Assembly (NCBI GenBank): GCA_012026655.1
Contig: JAAILG010000416.1
Location: forward strand, 1 to 64,000
Source of the DNA: Hydrolagus affinis
Taxonomy: Eukaryota
Direction of reading: 5' to 3'
DNA length: 64,000 bases
Part shown: positions 63,791-64,000 of the stretch, piece after piece
Layout: every line of letters starts with the position of its first letter
Numbering within the stretch: position 1 is the stretch's first letter
Translations under genes and position numbers: made by a program
Notes under the pieces: generated by a model
Databases searched by the model: none
Told to the model about the DNA's origin: nothing
The model's input: only the letters and a program-made list of their open reading frames with translations

Positions 63791-64000
63791 TCACACTTGC
63801 TGCGGGCTGATCAGTGGGAGTCACTGAGTACAAGCCATGCAGAAATCCACAGCAGGAAGCATCCCACCTTCTCAGCTGGCGGATGATGTGATGCCAGACA
63901 CATGGAAAGAGGAGGAAATGAATGCAAATTTGGGTTAGAATTAGACCAGCGAGGAAGGAAGGAATAGTTTTAGATGTTTAAGTTAAGTGACAATTTTTTG

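Noticed and set aside
1-64000. CRISPR array, operon, rRNA, intact transposase/RT or other prokaryote-type system
   Set aside because: The DNA is spliced vertebrate sequence. Repeats are dispersed rather than regularly spaced, and no long unexplained ORF exists.

Overview
This is AT-rich vertebrate nuclear DNA, most likely from a cartilaginous fish (possibly the elephant shark or another chimaera). That assignment is an inference from the DeuSINE/L2/CR1 repeat content and compact introns. Two spliced genes lie on the minus strand. The first is a complete thyrotropin-releasing hormone receptor of 409 aa, with coding exons at 6467-5649 and 2140-1730, most likely the TRHR3 subtype. The second is 19 consecutive coding exons of extracellular sulfatase SULF2 (63446-31721, 2462 nt, frame intact through to ...GQLWEGWEG*); its first coding exon lies beyond the right edge of the window. 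The remaining DNA is dense with a young tRNA-headed SINE carrying an L2-type (ATT)n tail, older Deu-domain SINEs, L2 and CR1 3' fragments, one TA-flanked MITE and microsatellites. I see no convincing evidence for an entirely new biological system. The best leads are a 31-bp-stem hairpin in the probable SULF2 3'UTR, inverted SINEs tightly bracketing three SULF2 exons, repeated SINE insertion into the same site of another repeat's tail, a cassette exon that would toggle a SULF1-like C-terminus, and uORFs in the receptor leader. Exon boundaries were read base by base; repeat boundaries are approximate.
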